64,000 nucleotides of DNA from Eledone cirrhosa. Taxonomy: Eukaryota. The stretch lies in assembly GCA_964016885.1 (NCBI GenBank), contig OZ024761.1, positions 9,300,001 to 9,364,000 on the forward strand, given 5' to 3'. Below, in pieces: positions 14,637 to 32,762 of this stretch; position 1 is the first letter of the stretch, and every line of letters starts with the position of its first letter. The position numbers were made by a program, and so were the translations under genes. Under the pieces are notes generated by a model. It searched no databases. It was given only the letters and a program-made list of their open reading frames with translations, and was not told where the DNA came from.

Positions 14637-16568
14637 GTTTCTACTTTAGGCGCAAGACCGGCCATTTGAAGGGAAGGGGAAGTCGATTAAATTGACCCAG
14701 TGTGCGACTGGTACTTTATTTATCGACCCCCGTAAGGATGAAAGGCAAAGTTAACCTCGGCGGGATTTGAACTCAGAATGTAACACAACGTCCTTCGAAT
14801 TCTGCCAAATTCCCCTCATCATCATAATCGTCCTCTTCCTCCTCCTTCCCCTGATCATCATCATCATCATCATTATCACCATTATCATCGTTAACATCAC
14901 CACCACCATCGTCATCATCATCGTCGTCCGTGTTCTTGTTGCTGTATCGTTTCATTCTTTCCTTTGTCATTATAGTTAATGACACAGCCACTTGATATTT
15001 TGTGATTGTCGTGATTGTTTATACACATTTTTGTTGCTGCTGTGTTGTTATTGTCGTGTTTGTTTATACATATTTTTGCTGCTGTTGTTATAATTATTTT
15101 GCTGTGATTGTCGTGATTGTTTATACATATTTTTGTTGTTGCTGTTGATGTTATTGTCGTGTTTGTTTATACATATTTTTGCTGTTGTTGTTATAATTAT
15201 TTTTGCTGTGATTGTCGTGATTGTTTATATACATTTTTGTTGCTGCTGTTTTTGTTATTGTCGTGTTTGTTTATACATATTTTTGCTGCTGGTGTTATAA
15301 TTATTTTGCTGTGATTGCCGTGTTTGTTTATACACATTTTTGTTGCTGCTGTTGTTATTATCGTGTTTGTTTATTCATATTTTTGTTTTGCTGCTATTGT
15401 TATAGTTATTTAAATATTGTTGTTGTTGTTGTTATAGACGCAGTTACAATGATCCGATTAAAATATTTTTAAAGTCCCCTGTAGTTTAGCGATCCAGAAA
15501 TGTGAGAATTTCTGTGTTTGTACCTATGTATGTATATGTATGTGTTCCTGGTTGTATTTGTATATATCTGTTTTGCTTGTGTGTGTATGTTTGTGTTTGT
15601 ACGTTTATACATATACACACACACACACACATATATATGGACATGTGTATATATACATATATATATATGTGTGTGTGTGTATATATATATATATACATGT
15701 GTGTGTGTTCGTGTATATATTTGTATGCGTCTGTTTGCTTGTGTATGTTTGTGTATTGTTATATGTGTGTGTTTTTACGTGTGTTGTGTATGCGTGAGTT
15801 TGTGTGTACGTTTTTTCAATAGAGTGTAATTAAGTGTATATGTATGTGCTCGTGTATGTCTGTGTTGTGTGTGTGTGTATGTGTGTGTATGTGTGTGTGT
15901 GTATGTGTGTGTGTGTGTGTGTAGTGCTGCAGAGGTAGTAGATGTATTTGCGTTTCTAAGGTGCATTTTGAAAAAGGAAATTAATTACGAGACATTCTTC
16001 AAATCCTAAATGATTAACTAAGTTTACTAAAATGTGCGTGCTAACTAAACAACTTCTCTTTGAACAATATCATCGCCATCATCGTCGTTATCGTCATTAT
16101 TATCATCACCATCATCATCACCTGAAGATGGTACAAGGTTGTCATCAAAAATATCTGAAGAAAAACAAAAATAATCCATTGTTTGGTTGTCTTAAAAGAA
16201 TACATTTGTAACGTTGGACGTCTTAAACCTCGCGCTGTTAATTATTTCTGTATATGTAGAATGACGTCATTCCATTTCTATTATTCAGAAGATATATATA
16301 TATATATATATATACATACATGCATGCTTCAAGTAAACTACCATTTCCTTCTATATATATACATATATATATACATACTTATATATATATACATATATAT
16401 ATAAATATATACATACTTATATATATATACATATATAAATATATATACATATATATACATATATATATACATATATATATATACATATATATACATATAT
16501 ATATATATACATATATATACATACATATATATAAATATATATATATACATATATATACATATATATAC

Positions 16569-16635
<67 letters not shown>

Positions 16636-16809
16636 CATATATATATACATATATACATAATATATATATATACATATATATATACATATATACATATATA
16701 TATAAATATACATATATATATATAAATATATACATATATATATAAATATACATATATATATATAAATATATACATATATATATATACATATATATATATA
16801 CATATATAT

Positions 16810-16855
<46 letters not shown>

Positions 16856-16959
16856 ATACATATATATATATACATATATATATATACATATATATATATA
16901 CATATATATATATACATATATATATATATACATATATATATATAGATATATATATATAT

Positions 16960-17289
16960 AACTTTGAATAACTTTGAAATGTTTTGGCCAGTATTGGCCC
17001 AGGCCATGTCTAACTTAATAGCACCACCTGGCGAAGTCTTTCAATTCAGGATTTGGGCACCATGGCCCATTCGAGAAGAGAATTACTGTTTGCGGAGACA
17101 TATCCGGGTGTGGGTGGTTTGTCCGGGATTACTTGGAGGAATTTGTCCAAAGACTTCTTGAATTTTGTGTGGTCAGTTTCTGTTTTGACGTGTCCTGGTG
17201 TGATGTTGAAGAGAGCAGGGCCGATTGAGGTGAAATAATTGTGCCGTATTGTTGTTATGAGTTGCGATTTAGATTTTTGAATGGGACGG

Positions 17290-17290
<1 letters not shown>
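16960..17290 (-). mobile_element. CR1-group LINE 3' end (5'-truncated)
   Basis: [62 protein letters not shown], a typical ORF2 C-terminus. Short 3' UTR; sits inside (TA)n. Confidence 0.75.
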
Positions 17291-20130
<2,840 letters not shown>

Positions 20131-20154
20131 CATGCTTCAAGTAAACTACCATTT

Positions 20155-20208
<54 letters not shown>

Positions 20209-20234
20209 GGAAATGGTAGTTTACTTGAAGCATG

Positions 20235-20272
<38 letters not shown>

Positions 20273-20372
20273 CATACATACATACATACATATATATGTA
20301 TACTCTTTTATTACTCTTTTACCTGTTTCAAGCCATCCGCCTGAGGCCATGGTGGGGCACCGCCCTTGGAAT

Positions 20373-20448
20373 GAAATGTTTAACCCCGACGGCAGAGCTC
20401 AAGCGCCGTCGAAACTGTTTGAGCTCTGTCATCGGGGTTAAACATTTT

Positions 20449-20452
<4 letters not shown>
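20373..20452. mobile_element. Family A remnant (palindrome only)
   Basis: aaatgtttaaccccgacggcagagctcaag / ttgagctctgtcatcggggttaaacattttccta. Confidence 0.7.
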
Positions 20453-20485
<33 letters not shown>

Positions 20486-20912
20486 CACACACATATATAT
20501 ATGTATATATATATATATATATACACATATATATATATTCAGATTTCAAATCTCGCTGAGGTTAGATTTGCCTTTCATCCATTCAGGGATTGATAAAATA
20601 AAATACCAGTAACGCACTGGAGTCGATTTAATCAATTCCCCCTTAAAACAAAAGTTGTTGACCTTGTACCTAAATCATGTTATTTATACTCGATGTTTGT
20701 GTAAAACCCCATAACCGTGTCTATTGTAGTGTCCCCTATATGTCGGCCCTTGTGACCAATAAACAAAACCATCTGAGTTCAAATCCCGCCGAGGTTAACT
20801 TTGCCTTTCATCCTTACGGGGTCAATAAAATAAAGTACCAGTAATGCACTGGGTAATTGCTGGCCTTGTGCCTAAAGTAGAAACAATTATTCTTAGTAGT
20901 AATAGCAGCAAT

Positions 20913-21292
20913 GTGGCGACAATGGCCCGTGGGAGTGGGCCTACTCTGATCATGCGCCTGTAGGCTGGTGTATTTGAAGAGAAGAGGGGTGCCCTTGAAG
21001 CGTCGGGTGGTTCAGGATTGGTGGGGGGTACCTGAATCAACCCTGGGTGGTTATCCCCCCCCCTATTGGGGAATTATCATTGTTGTATTTTTCTTGTTTA
21101 TTGTTATTGTTTTCCTATTTTTTTTACTCGATTCTTGTGTACCCCCTCCCACTGTCCCAATCTATCGTAGTGTCCCCTATATGTCGGCCCCACTGTCCCA
21201 ATCTATCGTAGTGTCCCCTATATGTCGGCCCCACTGTCCCAATCTATCGTAGTGTCCCCTATATGTCGGCCCCTGTGGCCAATAAATAAAAC
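20913..21292 (+). mobile_element. Tx1-like 3' end with internal 41-bp x3 tandem repeat
   Basis: gtggcgacaatggcccg...gggcct...cctgtagg matches 56388-56439; ends ccctgtggccaataaa. Repeat at 21149-21272. Confidence 0.6.
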
Positions 21293-21339
21293 AATTATTG
21301 TTAGTAGTAATAGTAGTAAGCAGAATAATAGTAATAATA

Positions 21340-21762
21340 ATAATTGCTTCTACTTTAGGCACAAGGCCAGTAATTTTAAGGGGAGGGGGAAGTCGATTAA
21401 ATCGACCCCAGTGCGTGACTGGTACTTTATTTTATCAACCCCGTAAGGACGAAAAGCAAAGTTAACCTCGGCAGGATTTGAACTCAGAATGGCAAGGGCC
21501 GTAACTCTATACGTCAAAGCATGGCGTCCGACCCTCTACCGACACTGACAATCCACAATAATGATAATAATAATTGTTTCTACTTTTGGCACAAGGCCAG
21601 CAATTACCCAGTGCATTACTGGTACTTTATTTTATCGACCCCGTAAGGACGAAAGGCAAAGTTAACCTCGGCAGGATTTGAACTTAGAAAGTAAAGGATC
21701 GTAACGCTATGCCGTGAAGCATGTTGTCCGACGCTCTACTGATTCTGTCAATCCACTGCCCT
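21340..21762 (-). mobile_element. Two tandem SINE-1 copies
   Basis: Reverse complement of the SINE-1 consensus. Confidence 0.85.
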
Positions 21763-22888
21763 AATAATAAGAATAAGAATAAGAATAAGAATAAGAATAA
21801 GAAGAAGAAGAATAAAATAGAAAAGAAGATGAAGTCAAGAAAAGAAAAATGTTTTAATATCGATCAGAAAATGGTTATATGAGACTACCATAGTAGTTGT
21901 AGTAGTTGTAGTTGAAGGTGTCGGTAGTGATTGGTTGTTGTAGGTGATGGTGGTGCTGGTGCTGGGTGGTTGTGGTAGTGGTAGGTGTCGTGGGGTAACG
22001 TTGGAAGTGTTATTGATGGTTCAACTCTTGGATGGTCGCTTCCGTGTCTTTATTTATTTAATTAATCCTTTATATATTTTCTTGTACTGATGTTGGTTCG
22101 CTAAAGACACCCCATAATAATTATTTATTATTATTATTTGAATTACAACTATTATTTTTATCATTATTAGTATCATTATTATTGTTATTATCATAAATAC
22201 TTCCAATTAAAACCCTTATATATATATTTATATATATTTATATATATTTATATCAATAACATGTTTATTTATCTTCATTTGTTTTGTGTTGTAAATTCGT
22301 TTTGATAACATAATAATATCCAAACATGGCTGCCATTATCGTTTGCTTCTTCTTTGAATCTTTCACGTTATCTTTCTCTTTCTCGTTCTCTCACTCATTC
22401 TCTTTCTTTTTCCCTGTCTTTTTTACCATTTATGCCTCTCTCTCTTTTCATATATTTATATATCTTTCTCTCTCTTTCTTGTTATCTCTCCTTCTCTTTC
22501 TCTCCCGATCTCTCTCTCTACATATATATATATATATATCACTGCCATGGGTCTCATCTCTGTTCTATTTCCAAGGAATTATTTTATTTGTTTGGTTTTG
22601 TTGTAATATTATTATTATTATTATTATATATATATTTTTTTCCTTTTGGTTTTGAAATTCAGAATTGAGTCTCAGAAGAATCACATTTTTTTTTTCATTT
22701 TTCTTTTCTCTGTTTTTTTTAATTCATATTTTTCTATTAATGCTTAAATCTTGAACAAAAAATATGTGTACATACAAATACATATATACATACATATATA
22801 TATATATATATATATGTATTTATATATATTTATATATATTTATATATATTTATATATATTTATATATATTTATTTATATATATATATA

Positions 22889-22964
<76 letters not shown>

Positions 22965-23080
22965 TATATTTATAAATACATATACATTTCAGATTGTTTT
23001 TTCTGTTTTATTTTGCGTTCTTGAACAAATTTCCATTTCAGAATTTTCTTTTTTTTTTTTTTCATTTTTTAATATTGTTT

Positions 23081-23274
23081 CTATAATCCAAATCCGGTGT
23101 CGAGAAGGTTCCTTAGCAATTGCGAAGTCATGGCCCAGTTCCGTTCGGGCATTCCGAAAGATTGCATTTCCCGTGGATCATCTTCTTCGGCTGCGATCAA
23201 AGCTTTTTCGATGTTCTTCACCGCATCCGTACTAAGACCCAAGATGACCTGAAGATCGTTGATGTCGCCCGCAG
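23081..23274 (-). CDS. Prohormone-4-like precursor, terminal coding exon
   Basis: ttttttttcag|ct gcg...TAG. (T)[63 protein letters not shown] ends in the family-like L..TGF.. terminus. The spliced CDS is 570 bp = 189 aa + stop. Confidence 0.92.
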
Positions 23275-23659
23275 CTGAAAAAAAAAGGTAAAAGTAGAAT
23301 AAATATATATTAAAAATATAATTGTTTCTACTTTTGGCACAAGGCCAGCAATTATCCCAGTGCATTACTGGTACTTTATTTTATCGACCCCAGTTAACCT
23401 CGGTGGGATTTAAACTCAGATCCTAAAGGGGCGTAACTTTGTGCTACCGATACTGCTAATCCAAACCTAATTAATCATATCAAAAATATGATGCATTTAC
23501 AGACCTGCCAATCTCTAAAAGCCGTCCAAACGTGGACTACCATGAAATAAAGTACCCCCAAACGGGGAGAAATGAGGCAAAATGGGGAGATATTACATAA
23601 TGGTTTCTTATATAGGCACAAGGTCAGCTATTTTAAGGGGAGGGGAAAGTTGATTAAAA

Positions 23660-25012
23660 ATACTGAACAACACCGGAAACTTCCACATAAACCGCCTTTA
23701 CTTGAAACGTAGGCAGGGAGGCAGAGGCCTAACATCAGTCCAGACAACATTTGAATGTCGCATCATATCTCTCCGACAACATCTACGAACCTCGAAGCGT
23801 AGGAGCCCGCTTCTCGAGCAAGTCTATCTGCATGAAACAGATAAGATCATGAGAGTTGGGAAGGAACTCCTTGAGAGATATTCCCTGTGTGATAATCAAA
23901 CACTCACACCCAGGGATGTCGCTCAGCAGTATCGCAGTGAATCCATGGATGAAAAACTGCATGCTTATCAGCAAAAAATCATGCATGGATATGTTGCCAG
24001 GAAGCTCCAGAGTGAGAGTAATATAGATAAGGAAAGTAGTGTATCTTGGACCAACAACCGCTATATTGGCTCCCACTTTGAAGGATACGCTTTTGCAATC
24101 CAAGAACAGGAGATTAGCACGAAATACCTGATTCACAAAAGAGATAGGATGCAGGCAAACAACTAGATGTGATAACAAGTGCAGACTCTGCAGAACTAAC
24201 ATCGAGGATATCACCCATGTCATCAGCAGCTGCCCAAAGATGTCATCGCGGTACTATCTACCTAGGCATGATGTAGTGGCCAAAACACTGTACAATGCAG
24301 TTCGTAAAAAAGATAGCCCCGATGATAAACACATTAAAAGCTACAACAATGTGGAAGACATCCATGTACATAATATGAAAGAGTACTGGTGGAATGTTCC
24401 AGTAAAAACCCCAATAAAATGAAGGCATAACAGACCAGATATTATGATATGGGACAGAGAGAAGAAAACATGCACAGTAGTGGAAATTAGCTGCCCAGCA
24501 GATGCCAATATAATATCAAAGATTAGTGAAAAGGAGAATATTTATGCAGAACTGATGAGAAATCTGCAGATACGCCACCCTGATTACATCTTCAGATTTA
24601 TACCTGTGATTATTGGGGCACTGGGATATGTTAGTAACTGCCTCAATACAAATGTTGAGAAGCTAGGTTTCACAGGAACAGAAAGAACCCAACTAGTTAG
24701 GAAATTAAAAGGACAATCCATTAATGGAACAGTAAAAATATGTAAAACATTCCAAAAATTTTGCATCTAACAACTGCATATACACATGTACAGATACAAA
24801 GCATATACACATGCACACATACAACTCAAAACATACACATCCACACATACAATAACATCCATATCTACACATGCATGCATGCAGACATACATACATATCT
24901 ACCTAGTTGATGTTGTGTAAATTCCAATGAGAGAGTCTTGTGTCTATGTTAGAAACCGACTCTCTCTCTATTGGTAAAACTTTGTGAAATTATAAAACCA
25001 GAAGAACATACA
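23660..25012 (+). mobile_element. R4/Dong-like RLE non-LTR retrotransposon 3' part, in intron 3 antisense to the gene
   Basis: RLYLKRRQGGRGL, CCHC knuckle CRLC...HVISSC, RHD motif and RPDI...VEISCP endonuclease. One frameshift (about 24165) and one stop (24420). 3' UTR hairpin at 24924-24974. Confidence 0.85.
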
Positions 25013-25013
25013 T

Positions 25014-25045
<32 letters not shown>

Positions 25046-25102
25046 CATACATGCATATATATATATATATACATACATATTTATATATATATATATACAT
25101 AC

Positions 25103-25153
<51 letters not shown>

Positions 25154-25155
25154 CA

Positions 25156-25193
<38 letters not shown>

Positions 25194-25673
25194 CATATTT
25201 ATATATATATACATACATATATACATACATATATATATATATATATACATACATATTTATATATATATACATACATATATACATACATATATATATATAA
25301 TACATATATACATACATATATATATATATACATACATATTTATATATATATATATATACATACATATTTATATATATATACATACATATATACATACATA
25401 TATATATATATATATACACATACATATTTATATATATATACATACATATATACATACATATATATATATATATATAATACATATATACATACATACATAT
25501 ATATATATAATACATATATACATACATACATATATATATATATACATATATATAAATATATATATACATATATATAAATATATATATACATATATATATA
25601 CACACACACATATATATATATACATACATATATATATATATACACACACACATATATATATATATATACATAC

Positions 25674-25706
<33 letters not shown>

Positions 25707-25733
25707 CATATATACATATATATATATACATAC

Positions 25734-25764
<31 letters not shown>

Positions 25765-26228
25765 CATACATACATATATACATACATACATATATACATA
25801 CATATATATACATATATATATATATACATACATAGATATATATATACATACATATATATACATATATATATATACATACATATACATACATATATATACA
25901 TATATAAATACATATTATACATACATATATATACATATATAAATACATATATATACATACATATATATATATACATACATACATATATATATATATATAC
26001 ACACATATATATATATATACATACACACACATATATATATATACATACATACACACATATATATATATATACATACATATATATATATACATACATATAT
26101 ATATATATATATACACACACATATATATATATATACATACACATATATATATATATATACATACATATATATATATACATACATATATATATATATATAT
26201 ATACATATATATATACATGTATATATAC

Positions 26229-26293
<65 letters not shown>

Positions 26294-26332
26294 AACATAT
26301 ATACATATATATATACATATATACATATATAC

Positions 26333-26407
<75 letters not shown>

Positions 26408-26442
26408 CATATATATATATATTTACATATATATATATATAC

Positions 26443-26489
<47 letters not shown>

Positions 26490-26610
26490 CATATATATAT
26501 ATATTTACATATATATATATATACATATATATATATACATATATATATATATACATATATATATACATATATATATATATACATATATATATACATATAT
26601 ATATATATAC

Positions 26611-26648
<38 letters not shown>

Positions 26649-26808
26649 ATACATACATATATATATATACATACATATACATACATACATATATATATAT
26701 ATACATACATATACATACATACATATATATATATATACATACATATACATATATATATATACATACATATACATATATATATATACATACATATATATAT
26801 ATATATAT

Positions 26809-26847
<39 letters not shown>

Positions 26848-26950
26848 TATAAATATATATATATATAAATATATATATATATAAATATATATATACATAT
26901 ATATATATACAGACATATATATATATATATACACACACATATATATACAT

Positions 26951-27036
<86 letters not shown>

Positions 27037-27109
27037 TTTACAAATCCATATGATGTTCTGTTCGTCCAACCACGGGGGACCGTTACAAAGTGAAACATGA
27101 TCTACTTAC

Positions 27110-27223
27110 TCGCTAATGCTACTGCCACAACGTCAGCATCAATGCCATCAAATAGTTTATCTATTGTCCACGCTCCAGGTCCACTGAGGTACTCATATAT
27201 TTCTTCAACGCGTGGTCGTTTGG
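27110..27223 (-). CDS. Prohormone-4-like precursor, coding exon 3
   Basis: tctttacag|...|gtaagt; 114 bp, phase 1-1. (S)KRPRVEEIYEYLSGPGAWTIDKLFDGIDADVVAVALA resembles the KRPPVEE...EKLF...VAIAL motifs I recall from insect prohormone-4. Confidence 0.92.
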
Positions 27224-27697
27224 CTGTAAAGATACCACAATCATTCATACATTAAACAGACAATAATTATGGGAAGTTTTTAGATTAATATAAACACTTT
27301 AACAATTGATAAGCTTCACTTCTAAATAATTTAAAAGACTGTATGACGCACATGGTTTCACAGATTCAGGCTAGTCTCATAACCGTACTGCTAGAAATAA
27401 CAGTCGTATATATGAGGCGAATTTTAGCTCGACGAAGAGCCGTTATATTAAGTGTAAGGAATTCTTTTACAATGGAATTAGCTCGAAAGGAAATATTCCT
27501 GAGCCGTGTATAAAAGTAATATATATGAGTAATATATATGATGAAACAGATACCAACATATCTGTATTTATATTGCAAAAGAAAGTTAGCCAGACTGAAG
27601 AGTATTAATTATTTTACCACAGTTCGTCCACATCGATTTAAAATAATAATAATAATAAATCGACAAAAACTAGCTGTGCTGCCAAATGGCAATACTT

Positions 27698-28432
27698 TAA
27701 CCGTATCTCTACCGAAATAGCCCCTAATATTTTCAAATAATTAAAAAAAAATTAATCCACAACGTTCTCATTAATAGGCTGGTTTATGGAACATAACTTA
27801 ACAAAGGTTCTTACAAACAATAATTATGGGAAGTTTTTAGATTAATATAAACACTTTAATCGTATCTCTACCGAAATAGCCCCTAATATTTTCAAATAAT
27901 AAAAAAAAAAATTAATCCACAACTTTCTCATTAATAGGCTGGTTTATGGAACATAACTTAACAAAGGTTCTTACAGACAATATTTATCGGAAGTTTTTAG
28001 ATTAATATAAACACTTTAACCGAATCTCTACCGAAATAGCCCCTAATATTTTCAAATAATTAGAAAAAAATTAATCCACAACTTTCTCATTAATAGGCTG
28101 GTTTATGGAACATAACTTAAAGGTTCTTACAGACAATAATTATGGGAAGTTTTTAGATTAATATAAACACTTTAACCGAATCTCTACCGAAATAGCCCCT
28201 AATATTTTCAAATAATTAGAAAAAAATTAATCCACAACTTTCTCATTAATAGGCTGGTTTATGGAACATAACTTAACAAAGGTTCTTACAGACAATAATT
28301 ATGGGAAGTTTTTAGATTAATATAAACACTTTAACCATATCTTTACTGAAATAGCAAATAATATTTTTGAATTAAAAATTAATCGATAACTTTCTGAAAA
28401 AATTAGTTGGTTGGTTTATGGAACATAACTTA
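27698..28432. repeat. About 159-bp tandem repeat x4.5 in intron 2
   Basis: aagtttttag at 27831, 27991, 28147 and 28306. Confidence 0.9.
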
Positions 28433-28661
28433 ACCCTTTAGCATTTAAACTGGCCGTATCTGGCCAGAATTCTCTCACCTCTTTCTGTTCAAACCGGCTG
28501 TAACCAGCTGCTCATGCTGATGTTAAGGTATTGTTTTCAAATAAAATGTTCAAATAATTTTGAAAATAATCAAGAATAGAAAGCACGAGACATGACCGTT
28601 TGCAAATCATTTTGAAATTTATCGATCTGAGAACGAACGAAATATGGGATGGATTACTTAC

Positions 28662-28793
28662 ATGATATACATAGCGCCACGTCTTCGTCGAATCCGTCAT
28701 CACAGTTTGTGATATCATCGCAAACTGACGACAAAGGTATGCATTTGTGCGAACTCTTGCAAAGGAATGGTTTGTAGGGAGGACAAGGATTCG
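28662..28793 (-). CDS. Prohormone-4-like precursor, coding exon 2 (LDL-receptor class A domain)
   Basis: ttttgttttccag|...|gtaagt; 132 bp, phase 1-1. (A)NPCPPYKPFLCKSSHKCIPLSSVCDDITNCDDGFDEDVALCIS has the six-Cys LDLa pattern with CD..C.DG.DE. Confidence 0.93.
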
Positions 28794-28849
28794 CTGGAAA
28801 ACAAAAGAAACAGGGTTAAGAACAACAACACTAACAGGTTAGAGTTAAG

Positions 28850-28850
28850 T

Positions 28851-28913
<63 letters not shown>

Positions 28914-29130
28914 GGTTTGCAGTCGAGCCCCTAACAGTGGGGAGTTCTGGTGTCCTTGGCCATAGGGCTACCTCCCACTTACCATTATAGGCGCTGGGCT
29001 GACGAACCGCAGGTGTGAGTCTCGCGAGATGGAATGGCTCTTCTTGTGCATCTCCCTTACCATCCTCCGGGGAAACGCCTTCTCCATTCTGTTCACCGGG
29101 GCTGTGGCGCGGCCACAGTGTGGGACCCCA
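28850..29130 (-). mobile_element. Probable LINE 3' end with (TTG)n tail
   Basis: GC-rich segment abutting an (AAC)n tract; no diagnostic protein motif recognised. Confidence 0.3.
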
Positions 29131-29142
29131 TTTGCTCATAAT

Positions 29143-31897
29143 AGTGACAGATGGGGAGGGCGAGAGAGATGGAGGCGATGACAGTGGGAGTTCATCTCCT
29201 CTGTGTTAGGACCCGGTGTACGTATATGTGATGGGGAAGGGCGAGAGAGATGGTGGCGATGACAGTGGGAGTTCATCTCCTCTGTGTTAGGACCCGGTGT
29301 ACGTATATGTGATGGGGAAGGGCGAGAGAGATGGAGGCGATGACAGTGGGAGTTCATCTCCTCTGTGTTAGGACCTGGTGTACGTATATGTGATGGGGAA
29401 GGGCGAGAGAGATGGAGGCGATGACAGTGGGAGTTCAACTCCTCTGTGTTAGGACCCGGTGTACGTATATGTGATGGGGGAGGGCGAGAGAGATGGAGGC
29501 GATGACAGTGGGAGTTCATCTCCTCTGTGTTAGGACCTGGTGTATGTATATGTGATGGGGGAGGGCGAGAGAGATGGAGGCGATGACAGTGGGAGTTCAG
29601 CTCCTCTGTGTTAGGACCTGGTGTACGTATATGTGATGGGGGAGGGCGAGAGAGATGGAGGCGATGACAGTGGGAGTTCAACTCCTCTATGTTGGGACCC
29701 GGTGTACGTATATGTGATGGGGGAGGGCGAGAGAGATGGAGGCGATGACAGTGGGTGTTCAACTCCTCTGTGTTAGGACCTGGTGTACGTATATGTGATG
29801 GGGAAGGGCGAGAGAGATGGAGGCGATGACAGTGGGAGTTCAACTCCTCTGTGTTAGGACCTGGTGTACGTATATGTGATGGGGAAGGGCGAGAGAGATG
29901 GAGGCGATGACAGTGGGTGTTCAACTCCTCTGTGTTAGGACCTGGTGTACGTATATGTGATGGGGGAGGGCGAGAGAGATGGAGGCGATGACAGTGGGAG
30001 TTCAACTCCTCTATGTTGGGACCCGGTGTACGTATATGTGATGGGGGAGGGCGAGAGAGATGGAGGCGATGACAGTGGGAGTTCAACTCCTCTGTGTTAG
30101 GACCTGGTGTACGTATATGTGATGGGGGAGGGCGAGAGAGATGGAGGCGATGACAGTGGGAGTTCAGCTCCTCTGTGTTAGGACCCGGTGTACGTATATG
30201 TGATGGGGGAGGGCGAGAGAGATGGAGGCGATGACAGTGGGAGTTCAGCTCCTCTGTGTTAGGACCTGGTGTACGTATATGTGATGGGGGAGGGCGAGAG
30301 AGATGGAGGCGATGAGAGTGGGAGTTCAGCTCCTCTGTGTTAGGACCTGGTGTACGTATATGTGATGGGGGAGGGCGAGAGAGATGGAGGCGATGACAGT
30401 GGGAGTTCAGCTCCTCTGTGTTAGGACCTGGTGTACGTATATGTGATGGGGGAGGGCGAGAGAGATGGAGGCGATGAGAGTGGGAGTTCAGCTCCTCTGT
30501 GTTAGGACCTGGTGTACGTATATGTGATGGGGGAGGGCGAGAGAGATGGAGGCGATGACAGTGGGAGTTCAGCTCCTCTGTGTTAGGACCTGGTGTACGT
30601 ATATGTGATGGGGAAGGGCGAGAGAGATGGAGGCGATGACAGTGGGAGTTCAACTCCTCTGTGTTAGGACCTGGTGTACGTATATGTGATGGGGAAGGGC
30701 GAGAGAGATGGAGGCGATGACAGTGGGAGTTCAACTCCTCTGTGTTAGGACCTGGTGTACGTATATGTGATGGGGGAGGGCGAGAGAGATGGAGGCGATG
30801 ACAGTGGGAGTTCATCTCCTCTGTGTTAGGACCTGGTGTACGTATATGTGATGGGGGAGGGCGAGAGAGATGGAGGCGATGACAGTGGGAGTTCAACTCC
30901 TCTGTGTTAGGACCTGGTGTACGTATATGTGATGGGGAAGGGCGAGAGAGATGGAGGCGATGACAGTGGGTGTTCAGCTCCTCTGTGTTAGGACCTGGTG
31001 TACGTATATGTGATGGGGGAGGGCGAGAGAGATGGAGGCGATGACAGTGGGTGTTCAGCTCCTCTGTGTTAGGACCTGGTGTACGTATATGTGATGGGGG
31101 AGGGCGAGAGAGATGGAGGCGATGACAGTGGGTGTTCAGCTCCTCTGTGTTAGGACCTGGTGTACGTATATGTGATGGGGGAGGGCGAGAGAGATGGAGG
31201 CGATGACAGTGGGTGTTCAGCTCCTCTGTGTTAGGACCTGGTGTACGTATATGTGATGGGGGAGGGCGAGAGAGATGGAGGCGATGACAGTGGGAGTTCA
31301 GCTCCTCTGTGTTAGGACCTGGTGTACGTATATGTGATGGGGAAGGGCGAGAGAGATGGAGGCGATGACAGTGGGTGTTCAGCTCCTCTGTGTTAGGACC
31401 TGGTGTACGTATATGTGATGGGGGAGGGCGAGAGAGATGGAGGCGATGACAGTGGGAGTTCAGCTCCTCTGTGTTAGGACCTGGTGTACGTATATGTGAT
31501 GGGGAAGGGCGAGAGAGATGGAGGCGATGACAGTGGGTGTTCAGCTCCTCTGTGTTAGGACCTGGTGTACGTATATGTGATGGGGGAGGGCGAGAGAGAT
31601 GGAGGCGATGACAGTGGGAGTTCAGCTCCTCTGTGTTAGGACCTGGTGTACGTATATGTGATGGGGAAGGGCGAGAGAGATGGAGGCGATGACAGTGGGA
31701 GTTCAACTCCTCTATGTTGGGACCCGGTGTACGTATATGTGATGGGGGAGGGCGAGAGAGATGGAGGCGATGACAGTGGGAGTTCAGCTCCTCTATGTTG
31801 GGACCCGGTGTACGTATATGTGATGGGGGAGGGCGAGAGAGATGGAGGCGATGACAGTGGGAGTTCAACTCCTCTGTGTTCAGACCCGGTGTACGTA
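29143..31897. repeat. 81-bp GC-rich satellite x34 in intron 1
   Basis: gatgggggagggcgagagagatggaggcgatgacagtgggagttcagctcctctgtgttaggacctggtgtacgtatatgt; no indels seen. Confidence 0.97.
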
Positions 31898-32149
31898 CGT
31901 GTCTGTGCATGCTGTAGTCTTATCATATAGACATATTTATTCACCATTGATATTTGCGAGTTTGACTTAAGTCATAAGCTGAGTCAATAAGGATTACTTT
32001 AAATTCTCATAAATATTCCTTATTTCACTAGAATGTGAGACGGGTTTATAAACAACAACAACATCATATACTTCTTCAACGGATTTTCATTACACATTTT
32101 TTAAAGTAAATATACTATTTTACAAACAATATAAATATCATTTCAGTGA

Positions 32150-32762
32150 TAACTGTTTCTACTTTAGGCACAAGGCCAGCAATTACCCCAGTGCATTACT
32201 GGTACTTTATTTTATCGACCCCCGTAAGGATGAAAGGCAAAGTACAAAGTAAACCTCGGCGGGATTTGAACTCAGACCGTAAAGGGACGTAACTATGCTG
32301 GAAAGCATGGCGTCCGACTCTCTACCGATTCTGCCAATATCAAATAATTGTTTCTACTTTAGGCACAAGGCCAGCAATTACTCAGTGCATTACTGGTATT
32401 TTATTTTATCGACCCTGTAAGGATGAAAAGGCAAAGTAAATCTCGGCGGGATTTGAACTCAGACCGTAAAGGGCCGTAACTCTATGCTGGAAAGCATGGC
32501 GTCCGACTCTCTACCGATACTGCCACAGTGATAACGATGACTATTAATGATTTCTTGTATAGGCACAAGGCCAGTAATCTGGGGAGAGGGGAAAGTCGAT
32601 TAAATCGACCCAGTACGTTACTGGTGCTTTATTTTATCGACCGCGTAAGGATGAAAGGCAAAGTTAACCTCGGCGGGATTTGAACTCAGACCACAAAGGG
32701 CCGTAACTCTATGCTGCAAACATAGTGGTTGACGCTCTACCGATTCTGCCAATACACCGCCC
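32150..32762 (-). mobile_element. Three tandem SINE-1 copies
   Basis: Head-to-tail copies starting at about 32150, 32345 and 32547. Confidence 0.85.

Noticed and set aside
23275-23365. N-terminal part of ORF 23081..23365
   Set aside because: Intron plus SINE sequence upstream of the clear splice acceptor at 23275-23276.
28429-28620. piggyBac-like terminus TTAA-CCCTTT
   Set aside because: Only one end is visible; no matching TIR or TSD found.
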